From assembly GCA_947311255.1 (NCBI GenBank), contig CAMZKL010000005.1, forward strand, positions 19,897 through 83,896: a stretch of 64,000 bases of DNA. Direction: 5' to 3'. The notes under the pieces are model-generated. The model made no database searches and was not told the origin of the DNA. It saw nothing but the letters and a program-made list of their open reading frames with translations. The position numbers were made by a program, and so were the translations under genes. This document shows positions 46,208 to 55,278 of the stretch, piece after piece (position 1 is the stretch's first letter; every line of letters begins with the position of its first letter). This stretch comes from an uncultured Chlorobiota bacterium. Its GTDB lineage: Bacteria; Bacteroidota; Bacteroidia; Bacteroidales; JAADGE01.

Positions 46208-46335
46208 TTTACCTGTTTTTAAGATAAGTACAAATATAAATATTAACGTTGGATATTAAAATAATATTTATATTTTTTTTTATAAATAGTTTTAGCAAAA
46301 TAGATACCAAAAATTAAATTAATTCAAACGAACAT

Positions 46336-47400
46336 TTAAATACTAACGGTTTTAAGAGTGTCAAATATTTCATGTTCACTGATTTTATTACTGATTAGGG
46401 GTGTCCCAATATTTTTTAAAAGAATACAATTTATTTCTTTATATGTATTTTTTTTATCGTGCAACATTAAATTATAAATATTTTTGTGTTCTTTTTTTTC
46501 AATAGAAAATTCTCCAAAGATGTCAAAAATGAGCTTAGAAATCTCAATTAAGTCTATTTCGGGAAAATTTACTTTTTTTACAGAAAGGTGCAACTCATAA
46601 ACAATTCCGTATGCAACTGCTTCGCCGTGTTTTATATTAGATTTATCACTTTTATTTATTAAACTTTCAAAAGCATGGCCAAAAGTGTGTCCAAAGTTTA
46701 GTGTTTGTCTAATTCCTTTATCATTAATATCATTTTTAACGAAATGCTCTTTAATTAAAACAGAACTTTTAATTAATTCTGAAATTTTGCTGAAATCTTT
46801 CTTTTTAAAATCAAAATAAAAAAAAGATTTTAGCTCTTCAAAATATTCTCTATCATAAATTAAAGAATGTTTTAGCATTTCTGCAAAACCGGATAAAAAT
46901 TCATCATCTCCCAGAGTTTCAAGAAAAATTGGAGAAATTAATACTTTATTTGCTTGATTTATTATTCCAATTTCATTTTTTAAGCCATTGAAATTTATCC
47001 CGTTTTTGCCTCCTGCAGAGGCATCAACTTGTGCTAAAAGTGTTGTTGGTATATTTATAAAATCTATTCCTCTTTTAAATGTTGATGCTGCAAACCCTCC
47101 TATATCCGTAACAACACCACCGCCGAGGTTTATTAACAATGAGTTCCTATTAGCATGTTCTTCTATTAAAAAACTCCAAATTAATTGTAATGTTTCAAAA
47201 GATTTATTTTTTTCTCCTGCCTCAATAATATATATATGTATTTGCTCAGAAAGTGCATCTTTTACTTTAGGCAAACACTTTTCAAAACAATTTGTGTCTG
47301 TTAAGAGATAAATTGAAGAATAATTTTTAATAATCATATTTAAATCAAAAACAATATCTATTGTATGAATAATATCATGGTATCTATAGTTTTTAGTCAT
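46336..47400 (-). CDS. aroB: 3-dehydroquinate synthase
   Basis: LGGGVVTDIGGFAAS, the metal-binding FGHTFGHAFE and HGEAVAYG. Confidence 0.9.
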   Translation of the reverse strand: MTKNYRYHDIIHTIDIVFDLNMIIKNYSSIYLLTDTNCFEKCLPKVKDALSEQIHIYIIEAGEKNKSFETLQLIWSFLIEEHANRNSLLINLGGGVVTDIGGFAASTFKRGIDFINIPTTLLAQVDASAGGKNGINFNGLKNEIGIINQANKVLISPIFLETLGDDEFLSGFAEMLKHSLIYDREYFEELKSFFYFDFKKKDFSKISELIKSSVLIKEHFVKNDINDKGIRQTLNFGHTFGHAFESLINKSDKSNIKHGEAVAYGIVYELHLSVKKVNFPEIDLIEISKLIFDIFGEFSIEKKEHKNIYNLMLHDKKNTYKEINCILLKNIGTPLISNKISEHEIFDTLKTVSI

Positions 47401-47495
47401 TATTTTTGCTTTTAAAATTATGCTAAATTAATTTTTTTTTTCAAAATGATGTTTTATAATATTTAAAGTTTTGCTAAAGAAAGGCTATAAATTAT

Positions 47496-47503
47496 TAATT
47501 TTG
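47496..47503 (+). promoter_or_regulatory. candidate -7 box (TAATTTTG)
   Basis: TAnnTTTG match 20 bp upstream of ATG 47524. Confidence 0.4.
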
Positions 47504-47523
47504 TAAGAATTTAAAAACAGATT

Positions 47524-48693
47524 ATGAATATTGATTTTAAAAATACCGAAATTGCATTTGTTTCAAAATCAAATACTGATTTAAGAAAAGCAAGATTTTT
47601 ATATCGAGTTATGGCAAGTAAGTTAATAACTAAAATTTCAAAAGTGTTAACTCAATTTGCCATGTCTATAAGGTTTCCTATTAAATGGTTTGTTAAACCA
47701 ACTATTTATAAGTTGTTTGTTGGAGGAGAAACAATTACTGAATGTTCTCCAACTGTAGAACTACTTTCAAAATTTAATGTAAAAGCAATTCTTGATTATT
47801 CGGTTGAAGGGAAAGAATCAATTGAGGATATAAATAAAGCTCTTGAAGAAACATTAAATTCTATTAAAAATGCAGGACAAAATCCAAATATTCCTTTTGC
47901 AGTTTTTAAACCTACAGCATTTACAACTTCTAATGTTTTAACAAAAGCAAGTGCTGGTGAAAAAATGTCTGAGGAAGAAAGAAAAGAAGCTCAAAATTTT
48001 AAGAACAGAATAAATACTCTTTGCAAAGCTGCATTTGAAGCAGATATTCCTATTTTGATTGATGCAGAAGATTCTTGGTATCAGAATTTTATTGATGAAA
48101 CTACCGAAGAAATGATGCAGTTGTATAATAAAGAAAAAGCAATTGTTTTTAATACTTGGCAAATGTATAGGCACGACAGATTAGAACATTTAAAAATGAC
48201 TTACGAAAAAGCTATAAAAGGAAATTATTATCTGGGAGCAAAGTTTGTGAGAGGTGCGTACATGGAAAAAGAAAGAGCAAGGGCAATAGAAAAAGATTAT
48301 GAATCTCCAATTTGTAAGGACAAAGCCGAAACAGATATATCATACAATAATGCACTAAAGTTTGCATTTGAAAAAAGAGAAGTTGTTTCGATTTTTAACG
48401 GAACTCACAATGAAAAAAGCAGTTTGCTATTAGCCAAATTAATGAAGGAGAATAATATAAATTCTGATGACAAAAGATTTTGGTTCTCACAACTCTACGG
48501 AATGAGTGACAATATAAGTTTTAATATGGCAAAAGCTAAATACAATGTAGCTAAATATTTACCATATGGTCCGGTTAAGCATGTTTTACCTTATTTATTC
48601 AGAAGAGCAGAAGAAAACACATCTGTTGAAGGACAAACAAGCAGAGAACTATTTTTAATTTCTACTGAGATAAAAAGGAGAAAAAATAAATAA
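47524..48693 (+). CDS. proline dehydrogenase family protein
   Basis: C-terminal FSQLYGMSDN...KYLPYGPVKHVLPYLFRRAEEN signature. Confidence 0.85.
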   Translation: MNIDFKNTEIAFVSKSNTDLRKARFLYRVMASKLITKISKVLTQFAMSIRFPIKWFVKPTIYKLFVGGETITECSPTVELLSKFNVKAILDYSVEGKESIEDINKALEETLNSIKNAGQNPNIPFAVFKPTAFTTSNVLTKASAGEKMSEEERKEAQNFKNRINTLCKAAFEADIPILIDAEDSWYQNFIDETTEEMMQLYNKEKAIVFNTWQMYRHDRLEHLKMTYEKAIKGNYYLGAKFVRGAYMEKERARAIEKDYESPICKDKAETDISYNNALKFAFEKREVVSIFNGTHNEKSSLLLAKLMKENNINSDDKRFWFSQLYGMSDNISFNMAKAKYNVAKYLPYGPVKHVLPYLFRRAEENTSVEGQTSRELFLISTEIKRRKNK

Positions 48694-48882
48694 ATTTTAT
48701 TAGAAATTCATAATTAGCAACAGCTCTCTATTCTTTATTTTCAGATATAAAATTATAAGCTATTAAACTCTCAGGATGTTTTCTGTATGCTTCTATATTT
48801 GCTCCTATTTTATATTCAAATCTTAGCATAAAAAGAGGAAATATTTGATTTTCAGAAACTTATACTAGTCTCATAACAAAAC

Positions 48883-48945
48883 AAGTTCGATATAAAATTT
48901 ATGTTAGTGCCTAAAACTATGAGTAGTAAATCTTATATCGAACTT
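48883..48945. repeat. perfect 13-bp inverted repeat with a 37-nt spacer
   Basis: AAGTTCGATATAA (48883-48895) and TTATATCGAACTT (48933-48945), just downstream of the stop of the minus-strand gene 48969-49754. Confidence 0.6.
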
Positions 48946-48968
48946 ATCTTATTAAAATTTTTGTTTTA

Positions 48969-49754
48969 TTAGAAAATTGTAATTGTAACGTCTTTGTGTC
49001 TTTTTTGCGAAACTTTAATCTCACCGCATCCACCTGCTCCATAATCAAGAATTACAGGATTTTTTTCTCCATCAACATTTATTGTCATCGTTCCTTCTGT
49101 TGGGTAGGTACATACACCGGAAGTACTAAAGAAGTTAATTTTCATACCCTCAGTTTCAGTTGAAAAATTTTCACCATTTCTATTTATTCCTTCTGATGCT
49201 CCTGAAATTTCGATGCTAAAACCATCCAAATAGTTAATTACATAATTTATAGTAGCAGTGTTATATTTAACGTACTCACCATTTGAGTATGTAATTTTTA
49301 AATTTGTAGCTGCAAGTTTTAAAAATGCTCCTAAAGTTCCAGCTCCTACACTAAGAGAAAGTTTTCCATCAACAACTTCATCTTCAATAGTAAAGTCTAT
49401 AAACTCTATTAAAAAAGAAGCACCTTCGTTCATATCATAAATATCTTCATCTCCTGTAAACCTGATTGTTCCATCTCTTGTAATCCCATCATCGTCAGTA
49501 CAATTATCAAATGTTAATTCAAACCCATTATTTAATTGGGTAAAAGTAAATGAGCATCTATCAAATCTGTTTTTTAAGGCTTTGCCTCCATCTCTTCCAT
49601 CACTTCCAATGGCAAAGGCATCTGCCATAATAAAACTACCTCTTGCTGAGTCTTCTGCAGATTGAGAATCTGCATCACGTTTTTTACAAGATGTTAATGT
49701 GAAAATTGTTGCAATAAAAAATAATGCTGTAAGTTTTAAAAAATTTTTCTTCAT
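48969..49754 (-). CDS. hypothetical lipoprotein
   Basis: Lipobox-like FTLTSCKK. 261 aa, beta-rich and Asp/Gly-rich, with no recognised motif. Confidence 0.65.
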   Translation of the reverse strand: MKKNFLKLTALFFIATIFTLTSCKKRDADSQSAEDSARGSFIMADAFAIGSDGRDGGKALKNRFDRCSFTFTQLNNGFELTFDNCTDDDGITRDGTIRFTGDEDIYDMNEGASFLIEFIDFTIEDEVVDGKLSLSVGAGTLGAFLKLAATNLKITYSNGEYVKYNTATINYVINYLDGFSIEISGASEGINRNGENFSTETEGMKINFFSTSGVCTYPTEGTMTINVDGEKNPVILDYGAGGCGEIKVSQKRHKDVTITIF

Positions 49755-49841
49755 AATTTTTGATTTTTAATTAATATTTAAGGATTTTAATTATTGTGTA
49801 AAAAAAACTGTTTTTTATTATATAATTTAACTGTTTACATT

Positions 49842-49892
49842 TTCGTATGTGTTTATTTTACTTTCGTATGTAAATGTTTTATATTCGTAAGT
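49842..49892. promoter_or_regulatory. three TTCGTAWGT direct repeats phased at exactly 21 bp
   Basis: TTCGTATGT at 49842 and 49863, and TTCGTAAGT at 49884, in the divergent region between 48969-49754 (-) and 50004-50603 (+). Confidence 0.45.
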
Positions 49893-50003
49893 ATTTTAGC
49901 TTAAAATGTTATAGTTTTCATTGTATAGAAAAACAAGTCTTTCTTGTTTAATATTTATTTTAATACATTCGCACATTATTAACTAAAAAATGTATAAAAT
50001 ATT

Positions 50004-50603
50004 ATGAAAAAGGTATTAATTTTTATAATTGCAATATCTGTTTTAAATTTATCAAATAACAGTATTTTTGCTCAAGAATACAAATCAACTGTTGGAATTG
50101 ATGCAGGAGTAAGCATTGTTGGTGCTGCAATTAGGGCAGTTGCCTATTCAGAAGGCAAAACAGCCAGCGACTACAAGTATTCATCAACTCCTGTTCTGCA
50201 ATTGACCTATGGCTATATGCTTACAAAAAATATTAGTGTTGGAGTGGCAGGCTCTCATCAAGAATATAAGTTTAGTATCCCCGATGGTTCTGTAGCAGCA
50301 GAAATAAAAAGATCTAATTTTGCTATAAGGGGATTATTTCATTATGGAAGTTCTGATAGAATTGACATGTATTCTGGTGTGAGATTAGGATATACAATAT
50401 GGGGAACTGATGTTAAAACAACTGACCCAACATTAAAACCCACATTAAAAACCTTAGAAAAAAATTATCTTGGAAAAAGGTTTGCTGCACAATTAGTTGC
50501 TTTCGGAATAAGAGGGTATTTTACAAAAAATATTGGAGCTCATGCAGAATTTTCAATTGGTTCACCCTATTATTTAGTTGCAGGTCTTAATTTTAGATTC
50601 TAA
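50004..50603 (+). CDS. small outer-membrane beta-barrel protein (OmpW/porin-family-like)
   Basis: Signal peptide, about 8 amphipathic beta strands and a C-terminal ...VAGLNFRF aromatic terminus. Confidence 0.7.
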   Translation: MKKVLIFIIAISVLNLSNNSIFAQEYKSTVGIDAGVSIVGAAIRAVAYSEGKTASDYKYSSTPVLQLTYGYMLTKNISVGVAGSHQEYKFSIPDGSVAAEIKRSNFAIRGLFHYGSSDRIDMYSGVRLGYTIWGTDVKTTDPTLKPTLKTLEKNYLGKRFAAQLVAFGIRGYFTKNIGAHAEFSIGSPYYLVAGLNFRF

Positions 50604-50626
50604 AACTTAAAGATTATTATAAAATT

Positions 50627-50660
50627 AAAATCGTTTCTTTAAATAAGGAACGATTTTTTA
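50627..50660. terminator. bidirectional terminator between the OMP gene and the TonB-dependent receptor
   Basis: AAAATCGTTTC / GGAACGATTTT stem (one G-U pair), a 9-nt loop, and flanking A/T runs. Confidence 0.6.
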
Positions 50661-50662
50661 TT

Positions 50663-52750
50663 TTAAAGATTAAAATTAAATCTTACTCCTAACTTAAATT
50701 GTCTGCCAGGCATTAATATATTACCAAACTCATAATATTTAGAATCTGAAATATTGTTTATTACGGAATATATTTCCCAGTTCCTGTTCTTCCAATAAAC
50801 TTTTAAATCTGCTAAAATAAATGCTTTGTATTTTTGTTCTCCAATATACTTTTCTTCGGATAAATTATAAACTGCAAAAGAACCTTCTCTGTCTTCATAC
50901 CTAATATTAAAACTTGTATATATTCTTTTATAAAGTTTAAGATGTGAAGAAAAAATTGCTTTATGTTTTAAATAATCCAAAGCATATTTTGAGATATAAT
51001 TTCCACTTTGTTTTGAAATATTAATGTATGAATATGAAAAAGAAAGTTTTTTTAATAGTTTACTCTTTATAGGGATATACGATACCGAAATATCAGCTCC
51101 AAAAGTTGATAGTTCAGTAATGTTTTGAGCTTGCCAATCAACTGTGTCAGAAAGCCTTACCCAATCTATTGTGTTTTTACCATTTCTTTTAAAACTTGTT
51201 ATATCTATTCTTAACCATTTTTTTCTATACTTTAATCCAAGTTCATAAGTTATTGCTGTTTCAGGCATTAAATCAGGATTTCCTTTGTTTATAGGACCGT
51301 CATAATAAAGATCAGTAAAGGTGGGAAGTCTTAAAGCTTGATTTAATGAAGTAAATATTTTTAAATTATTTGTAAAATTATAACTTGCATCAATTCCTCC
51401 TGCTGTGTGCCAATTGAAATCGCTATTATAGTTTGAAGAAAAACCACCTGCAACCAAAAAACTTTTATATTTAAAAACGTGTTCAGCATATAAATTTACA
51501 TTATACCGGTCAGCGTCTTTTGTGTATTTTCCATATTTCTCAAAAGGAACATCAATTGTGTGTTCCATTTCATTTCCAAGAACATTGCTTTTTATAAAAA
51601 CGTGCCTATATTCTGCCCCTATTCCGGTTTTTCCGGCAATTGTTTTAATGTCATATTTCAAAATACTAGAAATCAGGTTAGTTTTATGATAGTTATGACT
51701 TTTATAAAAGTAACCACTGCCAAAACCTGCTGTATCTTTATTATTTATAAAATAATTTCCTTTTCGTATATATTTGTCTTCTCTAAAAAGTTCAAATCTG
51801 TCTTGATGCCTCCTCCAAAAAAAACTTTTAACAAAATTATATTTTTTCCCTTTTTTTATGGTTTTGTATCCTGCAAAAAATGTTTTCGTATTTTCGTATT
51901 GCCAAGGATATTTTGGTGTGTAAAAACTATTTGCCCCAAAAGATTTATTAGAAAACCCTGTTTGAATAATAAAATTAATATTCTTATATTTATATTTAGT
52001 TTCGTAGAAAATATTTAATGTTTTAAAATCTGTATTGTTTATAGAATCTTTTGAAAGATATCCATCGCTAGTTTTTTGGGATACAGAAAGATGATTTTTC
52101 CAAGTTTTCTGATTAAAAAATAAGCCAATGTTTCCTCCGAAGTAATTGTTTTGACCTGCAAAAAAGGAAAGTTTAAGTTTTTTTGCAGTTTCAGTGTTTG
52201 TAATGAAGTTTATTGCCCCGCTGTACGCATTAATTCCAAAAATTCTGTTTCCTGGTCCTTGAAGAATTTCAATTTTTTCAACACTCTCAATATCAACCGG
52301 AAGGTTCATGTTGTGATGTCCGGTTTGAGCATCATTCATTTTAAATCCATTAAGAAGTATTAAAGTTTGCTCAAAATTTCCTCCCCTAATACTTATGTCT
52401 GCTTGAATGCCTTCTGTTCCTCTTTGCCTAACATCTACATTGCTAACATATTCAATTAAATCTTGTAAACTGTGAACAGGCATAGCTTCAATTTCATTTT
52501 TTTCAATAGTATAAATTACTCTTGCCGATTCAGATTGCAGAGTAGGCACTCTTGCTGAAATAATTTGAACATCTTCAATGGAAATTGTATCTGTTTGAGC
52601 AGATAATGTTAAAAATGAACCAAGAAAATAAGAAAGGGGTAATAATGCAATTTTTATTTGTTTGCCTAAAGAACTAAAAACACTCCAAGATTTTGAAGAC
52701 CATTTTTTAAATGTTATAATTTCTTTTGTAATAAGAACTTTTCTGTTCAT
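50663..52750 (-). CDS. TonB-dependent receptor
   Basis: Plug domain (NVDVRQRGTEGIQADISIRGGNFEQTLILLNG) and a long barrel. ATG at 52750 (the track start 52780 is TTG). Confidence 0.9.
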   Translation of the reverse strand: MNRKVLITKEIITFKKWSSKSWSVFSSLGKQIKIALLPLSYFLGSFLTLSAQTDTISIEDVQIISARVPTLQSESARVIYTIEKNEIEAMPVHSLQDLIEYVSNVDVRQRGTEGIQADISIRGGNFEQTLILLNGFKMNDAQTGHHNMNLPVDIESVEKIEILQGPGNRIFGINAYSGAINFITNTETAKKLKLSFFAGQNNYFGGNIGLFFNQKTWKNHLSVSQKTSDGYLSKDSINNTDFKTLNIFYETKYKYKNINFIIQTGFSNKSFGANSFYTPKYPWQYENTKTFFAGYKTIKKGKKYNFVKSFFWRRHQDRFELFREDKYIRKGNYFINNKDTAGFGSGYFYKSHNYHKTNLISSILKYDIKTIAGKTGIGAEYRHVFIKSNVLGNEMEHTIDVPFEKYGKYTKDADRYNVNLYAEHVFKYKSFLVAGGFSSNYNSDFNWHTAGGIDASYNFTNNLKIFTSLNQALRLPTFTDLYYDGPINKGNPDLMPETAITYELGLKYRKKWLRIDITSFKRNGKNTIDWVRLSDTVDWQAQNITELSTFGADISVSYIPIKSKLLKKLSFSYSYINISKQSGNYISKYALDYLKHKAIFSSHLKLYKRIYTSFNIRYEDREGSFAVYNLSEEKYIGEQKYKAFILADLKVYWKNRNWEIYSVINNISDSKYYEFGNILMPGRQFKLGVRFNFNL

Positions 52751-52804
52751 TTTATTTATTTTTGAAATTTTAGTCGACAAAAATAACTTTTAAAATAACA
52801 ATTT

Positions 52805-53467
52805 ATGCAATATAAACATATAATTTGGGATTATAACGGAACTTTATTAAACGATGCAAGTCTTTGTGTTGAAGTTATTAACGGTATGCTTTCTAAAAGA
52901 AAATTACCTTTAATGACCATTGAAAAATATAGAGAGATGTTTGATTTTCCTGTAAAAGATTATTATGAAAAAACCGGTTTTAATTTTAAAAAAGAGTCAT
53001 TTGAAATTGTAGGTACTGAATTTATTAAAATATACGATGAACGTCTTAAAACCTCATCACTTCATGAAGGAGTAAATAAAATTTTGCAAGACATACATAA
53101 TTCCGGTATAAAACAGTCTGTTTTGTCAGCAAGAAAAGAAGAGCAACTTTTAGACGAACTAAAATATTTTAAGATTTTTAATTATTTTGAAGAAATTATT
53201 GGACTAAACGACCACTATGCCGGTGGTAAAATTAATATTGGTTTAAAACTTATTGAAAAGATTAATTTAAAAAAAGAGAAAGTATTAATGATTGGAGATA
53301 CTAAACATGATGCAGAAGTTGCAAAAGCTATGGGAATAAATTGCATTTTAATTTCTCATGGGCACCATACAAAGAAAAGATTGCAGACCTGCGGTGTTGA
53401 AGTTTTTAATAATATGGAGGAAATAAATAAATGGTTATCCACAAATTTACCAGATAATCTATGTTGA
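52805..53467 (+). CDS. HAD-superfamily hydrolase (phosphoglycolate-phosphatase-like subfamily IA)
   Basis: Motif I IIWDYNGTLLND, motif III/IV K...GDTKHD. Confidence 0.8.
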   Translation: MQYKHIIWDYNGTLLNDASLCVEVINGMLSKRKLPLMTIEKYREMFDFPVKDYYEKTGFNFKKESFEIVGTEFIKIYDERLKTSSLHEGVNKILQDIHNSGIKQSVLSARKEEQLLDELKYFKIFNYFEEIIGLNDHYAGGKINIGLKLIEKINLKKEKVLMIGDTKHDAEVAKAMGINCILISHGHHTKKRLQTCGVEVFNNMEEINKWLSTNLPDNLC

Positions 53468-53529
53468 TTTGTATGTTGAAGCCCCAAATAAAAAAGCCTC
53501 ACATCTCTGTAAGGCTTTGGGCTTTAGTG

Positions 53530-53603
53530 TGAACCCGACAGGATTCGAACCTGTAATCGCTTGATTCGTAGTCAAGTGCATTATCCAGTTATGCTACGGG
53601 TCC
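53530..53603 (-). tRNA. tRNA-Arg(ACG): tRNA-Arg (anticodon ACG)
   Basis: The 74-nt reverse complement folds as a cloverleaf. Acceptor stem GGACCCG/CGGGTTC, D stem GCAT/ATGC, anticodon stem CTTGA/TCAAG with loop CTACGAA, T arm ACAGG-TTCGAAT-CCTGT. CCA is not encoded. Confidence 0.9.
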
Positions 53604-53721
53604 ATAACAGATTGCAAAACTAAATATAATTTCTTTTTTGAAAGAGTATTTTATAATTATTTTCATCTTTGTTTTAATTTCTTAAAAATAGATTAAAAAA
53701 TTCAACTATTTTTACATAAAA

Positions 53722-54663
53722 TTGTATGTTTGTGAGTCAATAAAATTTAAAAAAAAGATAGTGATTAAAACAAAACTTAAAAGATACGGAGGAATTGATA
53801 TTGGGTCAAATGCTGTTAGACTAATTATAAAAGATGTTTTGCCGGGAGAGAATTATAATGATGCAGTATTAAATAAACGTGTGTATGTAAGATTACCTTT
53901 AAGGTTAGGAGGAGATGTTTTTCTTTATAATAAAGTTAAAAAAGAAAAGGAAAAAGAGTTTATAAAGGCAATGAAAATATATAGTAATTTGTTAGATTTT
54001 TATAAAGTTGAAAAATATAGAGCTTGTGCTACTTCTGCTTTGAGAGGAGCAAAAAATGGACTAAAAATTGTTGAAAAAATTAAAAAAAAAACAGGAATTA
54101 ATATTGATATTATAAATGGCAAGGAAGAGGCCGAACTAATTTTTGAAACTAATAAGTATATGCTTCCAAACAGTAAAACTTACCTTTCTGCGGATTTGGG
54201 GGGGGGAAGTTTACAACTAACAATTTTTAAAAACAATAAACTTCTTTGGACATATTCTTACAAAATTGGTACTGTTAGGATGCTAAATAATAAGGTTAAG
54301 AAAAAAGAAATTGAAAAATTTGAGACCAAACTAATTGAAATAAAAAAAATGCACGAGGATATTTTCATTTTAGGAACAGGTGGTAATATAAACCAAGTCA
54401 GTAAGTTATACAAATCTAAAAACGTGTTCTACTCAGATTTAGAAACATTATATAAAGAGCTTAAGAATTTAACCGTTGAAGAAAGAATGAAAAAATATAC
54501 TTTTAAAGTTGATAGAGCTGATGTAATTATTCCTGCCTTAAAAATTTATTTACAGATTTTAGAAACTACTAAAAATAAAAATATACTTATACCAAAAACA
54601 GGTTTAGCTGATGGAATTATAAGGCAACTTTATGAAAATGATTTTAGGAAACTAAATTTTTAA
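53722..54663 (+). CDS. Ppx/GppA-family phosphatase (exopolyphosphatase-like)
   Basis: GGIDIGSNAVRLII and ADLGGGSLQL ASKHA-fold motifs. There is no in-frame ATG near the 5' end. The start is either TTG 53722 or, perhaps more likely, GTG 53761. Confidence 0.8.
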   Translation: MYVCESIKFKKKIVIKTKLKRYGGIDIGSNAVRLIIKDVLPGENYNDAVLNKRVYVRLPLRLGGDVFLYNKVKKEKEKEFIKAMKIYSNLLDFYKVEKYRACATSALRGAKNGLKIVEKIKKKTGINIDIINGKEEAELIFETNKYMLPNSKTYLSADLGGGSLQLTIFKNNKLLWTYSYKIGTVRMLNNKVKKKEIEKFETKLIEIKKMHEDIFILGTGGNINQVSKLYKSKNVFYSDLETLYKELKNLTVEERMKKYTFKVDRADVIIPALKIYLQILETTKNKNILIPKTGLADGIIRQLYENDFRKLNF

Positions 54664-55278
54664 AAAAACAATCTTCTTTGTTTCAAAAAAATCAAAATTA
54701 AAATAATTAGATATTTCAAAAACCTTAATTGATTTAAAACTTTTAAGTTCATCTTCAAAATCTCCTCCTTTAAGATATATAATTGCCTTTTCTCCTTTGT
54801 TTTTTTTTAAAAGGTGTTTTACAGAATTGTAAAATTTAGGGAACGATGTTACTGCTCTTCCCATTATAAAATCATAACTTCCATCTAATTGAGTACTTTT
54901 TATTTGTTTAGTAAAAACATTTTTCAATTTTAGTGTGCCAGCAATTTCGTGAGTTACTTTTACTTTTTTTGCAATAGAATCAATTAATGTAAATTTTGCT
55001 TCCGGGAACATTATTGCTAAAGGGATTCCAGGGAAACCACCTCCTGTACCTACATCTAAAATCCTATCTCCGGCTTTAAACTGTTTTATTTTTGCAATTG
55101 AAAGAGAATGAAGGATATGTCTTACAAAAAGATTGTCAATATCTTTTCTTGAAATTACATTAATTTTCTCGTTCCAATTTTTATATAAACTAGATAAGTG
55201 TTCATACTGGTTTTCTTGCAAAGAGGATATTTCAGGAAATAATTCTTTAAGTTTTTTTATTTCAGAATTTAATGTCAT
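54652..55278 (-). CDS. rsmG: 16S rRNA (guanine527-N7)-methyltransferase RsmG
   Basis: ILDVGTGGGFPGIPLAI SAM motif and GidB length and layout. Confidence 0.9.
   Translation of the reverse strand: MTLNSEIKKLKELFPEISSLQENQYEHLSSLYKNWNEKINVISRKDIDNLFVRHILHSLSIAKIKQFKAGDRILDVGTGGGFPGIPLAIMFPEAKFTLIDSIAKKVKVTHEIAGTLKLKNVFTKQIKSTQLDGSYDFIMGRAVTSFPKFYNSVKHLLKKNKGEKAIIYLKGGDFEDELKSFKSIKVFEISNYFNFDFFETKKIVFLKI

Noticed and set aside
51560-52018. A 152-aa plus-strand ORF. Others occur at 37757-37951, 39212-39415, 39908-40205, 40745-41005, 41111-41416, 42737-42925, 44648-44941, 45433-45708, 46988-47311, 47938-48174, 49258-49440, 52151-52363, 55442-55708, 57744-58016, 58926-59126, 60925-61128 and 61146-61394.
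   Set aside because: They are antisense or alternate-frame overlaps of confidently identified genes, with no independent support.
52751-52780. A 10-codon extension of the TonB-dependent receptor.
   Set aside because: The track start is TTG. ATG 52750 precedes the signal-like segment and leaves 54 bp rather than 24 bp for the divergent promoters.
53435-53443. A perfect DnaA-box 9-mer, TTATCCACA.
   Set aside because: It is a single copy inside the 3' end of the HAD gene. I saw no cluster of boxes and no AT-rich unwinding element, so it is likely chance rather than oriC.
53468-53721. The tRNA-Arg flanks as a possible integration hotspot or genomic-island boundary.
   Set aside because: There is no integrase, no direct repeat of the tRNA 3' end, and no mobility genes on either side. 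The neighbouring genes look like ordinary core genes.
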